Origin: Utricularia gibba
Taxonomy: Eukaryota; Plantae; Magnoliophyta
Direction: 5' to 3'
NCBI GenBank assembly: GCA_002189035.1
Contig: NEEC01000077.1
Span: 1 to 39,149 of the forward strand
Length of the DNA: 39,149 nt
Shown: positions 35,501-39,149 of the stretch, in pieces
Layout: every line of letters begins with the position of its first letter
Position numbering within the stretch: the stretch's first letter is position 1
Made by a program: the position numbers and the translations under genes
Notes under the pieces: generated by a model
Databases searched by the model: none
Told to the model about the DNA's origin: nothing
Seen by the model: the letters and a program-made list of their open reading frames with translations, nothing else

Positions 35501-38500
35501 GAATAGTGCTTAGTTGGTGGCATAAAATGCAACTCCCTAGAGATACTAGTTTGACCTAATAAGAACAAGGAGCAATATTCTGGATCCAGAAAACAGACAA
35601 CTTCAATGCAACAGAATCAAAGATAAAAGTTATGCTTCTCAAAAAGGATGAGAGCTCATGAAAGGCTACTTGAAACCAGTCTTCAGTTAAAGCAGAAAAG
35701 ACTAATCCTACCTGATTGAAATCTCCAGTATGATACAGCACAACAGCAAGAAGACTGTAGGCACTTGCAGTTGTTCGGTGATATGGACCACATACAGCTA
35801 TCATCTTTGCCAGAGCCTTTTCATTATAGAAATTTCAGGGAGCGATTCAAAATATTACAGACATAACCTGGGAAATGCAGCTATGGTACCTTTGTTCCAT
35901 AGTTAACAGCATCTTCAAGTTTCCCCTTGTCCAGAGCAATCTTCGATGATTCAAGCAGATTTCGGCCATCTGCTGAGGAGCAGCCTACATGCTGAATTGG
36001 GGGAAAAAAAAGATGAGTGATGCAGAACAATCTATCGTTTAAACAAAAAATATACACAAAGAAGACTTATAAATTTACCTTACACACGGGAACCACGCTG
36101 ATGATGTCAGAAATCTCAAATGGGCTAGAACTGTCCAAATCATAGTCCTTAGCAGCCAACTCCAGTCCAACCTAAAAGGAAAGTGATGAGTGTTTCAGAT
36201 TGATAGCACTTTACAAATCATTTAAATGGAACCTTGTGGCAAAGTCCCTGGAGAACTGATATCTTCCTTATGTGCTGTAGTTCATCTTCCAGTCTCCATC
36301 CAAATCTTCTCTTCAAAAAACTCTTCACCCATAGTAACTTGAGATCTTGATCACATGGAATATTGTGATCGATATCAGAAGATCCCAGCAAGAAATTTAA
36401 ACATGAGGCGATCACAGCAGGCATGCTATCCATGCTCTCGACAGATGCAACTACAGCTCGAAGAACATGCTTGAACGCTCGTGTCACCATTTCATGAATG
36501 CAAAGAGATTGTATGTGAGGAAGCTTAACTGCAAGGTCAACCTGGTTCAAGAAGTTCACGTTTTTCATGTTCAAATGCTATCTAGGGGAGAATTCACAAA
36601 TCACAAACTGTAAAGATTGCTAACCCACCACACGGCCTAGGGAACGCATCTGTAATCCCCTAAGATGCATGAATTCAGTTAGAGTACGACCATCAACAGG
36701 AGAAAGTTCAAGGGATGCAAAGTCCGTGACCTGAAAAAATTACAGAACTGAAATAATTACACAGGAACCACTACCCTTCATTACAATTTAGCAAATCTGG
36801 TACCAGATTTGGCAAAGCAATATCTTCATAGTACTCATGCGCCATCTTCAAAAGCTCATCCAAAGACTGCATGGGAAGCAGTGGATCATAAAAATACAAG
36901 CCATCATTTTCAGGGGACACCCATGGAGGATATTAACATGATTTCATGGATCTCAGAGAATTCAAAAGAAAATAAGTACCTTGGTGTGAAGATTGGTCCC
37001 AATTTGCTTCAATCGCAGAAACGCATCTTCAGAAATATATTTCTGTAATTCATAGTTGGAATCATGAACCTGGGAGTCATCTGTATTTGTCTCCAGGTCT
37101 TGGCTACTGGATCCAGGAGTATTCTCTTCAGCATCACCATTAGGGAGACTCACATTCTTTTCCCGCTTCTTTAGCATTTTAAATTGTTTTCCAAGTCCTT
37201 TAACTGCCGGTTCAACCTTCTTGTCATCTCCAGGTTTTTCTTGTTTCTGTAGATGCTGCACCCAGCAAGAAACAAGTTCCCATCTTATCAAATTTTCTCT
37301 GGAATCAGAATTATCATCCAGGTTTGACAGACTATCTTTGATAACTTTCTCTACTAGAGCTCTTGAAGTTCCAACAGCCAATTTGTCAGATAAGGAACTC
37401 TGGTGACCAATCAAAGATTCCGCTGATGGCTTGTGAAGCATCACTCTTAAACTGGAAAAATACACCTCATCAGTTCATTAATCATATGAAAAAAAAAACA
37501 AATGCTTGTTAATAATATGGGCTGCTTCAAAAAACAGAGAGGAGACATACTACAAATGGAGAAATCAAGATCTCAAATTAGCAAACAGGCTCAAAGCTCA
37601 TGTACATTTCTTGTGATACTCACGATCCCAACAAACCAAGTCAAGAAAGGTAAAAAACTTCTCCTTGATCATTTGACAACATCTAATAATTTGCCACGAG
37701 ATATCCAGCAATGGCAATCCCTTCATCTAAAAGCTACTGATCTCTCAACAAGCAAAGGCTTACATGAGGTGTCACTCACAATAATCCATTCTGAACCAAA
37801 AACATCACTCATGAGGAGTGTCCATTAAGGAAAAAGTTAGTACCTGTTAACGTTAAGTGCATTTGCTCCACCTTCAGGTTGATCATCAATGTCTATACCC
37901 TCTAGAGGTCTCACTCCCTTTTTTATGTCGCCAACAACCTTCACAGTTGCAGAGTAGCCACAATGTCGAACAACCACAACACCCAAGGCTTCGGTGTCCT
38001 GAAACAGCATGGAAGACACTCATATCATCAATAAGAGACATATCCGAAAATGAACAATAACAAATCCAAATTCGCAGGAGGAAAAGCATCATCCCCTGCA
38101 GATAAATTTCTTTTTCCAATATTCATAGTTGCACTAGGGTATCTGTGCTTAGATTTTGACACTGCTATATGCATACAGAAAAAACATTAAGATTCACGAG
38201 CATTTAAGTACCCACCTGCCTTGAGATGTGGAGTTTGAGTAGCATTACTTACTTGTACAACTACATTTTCATCAGAAGTTAGCCCTTTAAGCAAATTTCT
38301 CCGAGACACATCCTGCACAGATTCATCAGAGGATCTGCAGCCGATGATCTTGGCCCTCTTCTCCCGTGTAGCTTCTGGATCATCTCTCTAACTGTTATAG
38401 AAAGATCTCCAATCCGACTCTCATGTGCAAATGAACCCGGGTGGCATTTTGAGGAATCTCCAGAAGCGGAACGTGCAACTTTCTCTATCGATGAAACAGC

Positions 38501-39116
38501 TTTAAAAATGGACACATCTAGAAACAGATTATGAACCAAAAATGCCTTCCTATCTCGGACAACTCTCTCCTCTTCGGTTTTGCAAGGTAGATTTGCCAAT
38601 ACAGCGAAGTATGTAGCCCATGGCCTACGATCAAACTCTCCTAATCTCCCCTGTCCTCCTCCATTACCTCCCCAGTTTTCATCCTCTGCAACAAGGGGCG
38701 CATAATGCCATGCAGAGTTGGTGATGGTTGGAGGAACTAGCCAGGTATTGGCACGGAAACCATAGGGAAGATTGCCGAACTGAAAGGGAACAAACTTTAC
38801 TCAATTTTCGACGGAAACACCCACACATGAAAATGGAAGGAAAACAGAACGTAGTGTTACCTTGTTGTGCTCAGAAAATGCTTTCATCAAGGATGCATAT
38901 GCCTAAAACAGAACATAACATTATGGTCGCATACTGTAACAATTTCAAGATTACGTATTCCTTAGGCATTTCAGAAACACCCACATTGGCAAAAGCCTGA
39001 CTTTGTTGTCGTAGAAGATCCACCAATGAGTGACTCTGCAACATTTGCTTTCCCAAAGTGTAGAACCCCTTCACTGATGCCATTACCTGAACTATCTTCC
39101 CATTGCATATCTTTAT
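32581..39116 (-). CDS. REC3: CLU-domain/TPR protein of the REDUCED CHLOROPLAST COVERAGE/TSS family (REC3/At1g15290-like), 3' part; gene continues past the right edge; four apparent frameshifts
   Basis: Exons 39116-38985, 38902-38861, 38779-38253, 37998-37844, 37451-36980, 36866-36804, 36730-36629, 36541-36233, 36171-36079, 35991-35890, 35816-35712, 35481-35348, 35257-35074, 34935-34804, 34562-34450, 34381-34303, 34200-32581. Motifs [104 protein letters not shown]. Subfamily call is from recalled motifs. Confidence 0.92.
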
Positions 39117-39149
39117 CTGCATAAAAGGTCATGCCATCATGAGCTCAGA

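Overview
Plant (eudicot-like) nuclear genomic window with AT-rich intergenic DNA and short introns. Left to right: 5' part of an intronless-type CIPK kinase (-), a 15-exon CDC27/APC3 (-), a single-finger C2H2/EAR repressor (+), a 10-exon receptor-like kinase with a degenerate catalytic loop (HRN; predicted pseudokinase) (-), two tandem TPS-b monoterpene synthase genes (+), a plant serine-rich CMCSPTTHPGSFRC protein (+), a decayed MRS2/MGT magnesium transporter pseudogene not shown as a gene by the ORF track (-), an intronless DEAD-box helicase RH35/DDX41 (+), and the 3' part of a CLU/REC (TPR) gene (-). Main points of interest: (1) the TPS pair has a 726-bp identical tract including two introns, next to an active-site segment with 10 amino-acid-changing differences and 1 silent one; both copies have a GC-AG intron and unusual active-site residues; they differ in promoter spacing; and only copy 2 carries a solo-LTR-like insertion. 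(2) The pseudokinase. (3) The MRS2 pseudogene is head-to-head with RH35 across a site-II-rich promoter. (4) Seven short frameshifting deficits occur in three conserved genes, mostly at G/C runs, most likely a systematic assembly error. Family assignments come from recalled motifs, not database searches, and exon coordinates and difference counts were derived by hand.
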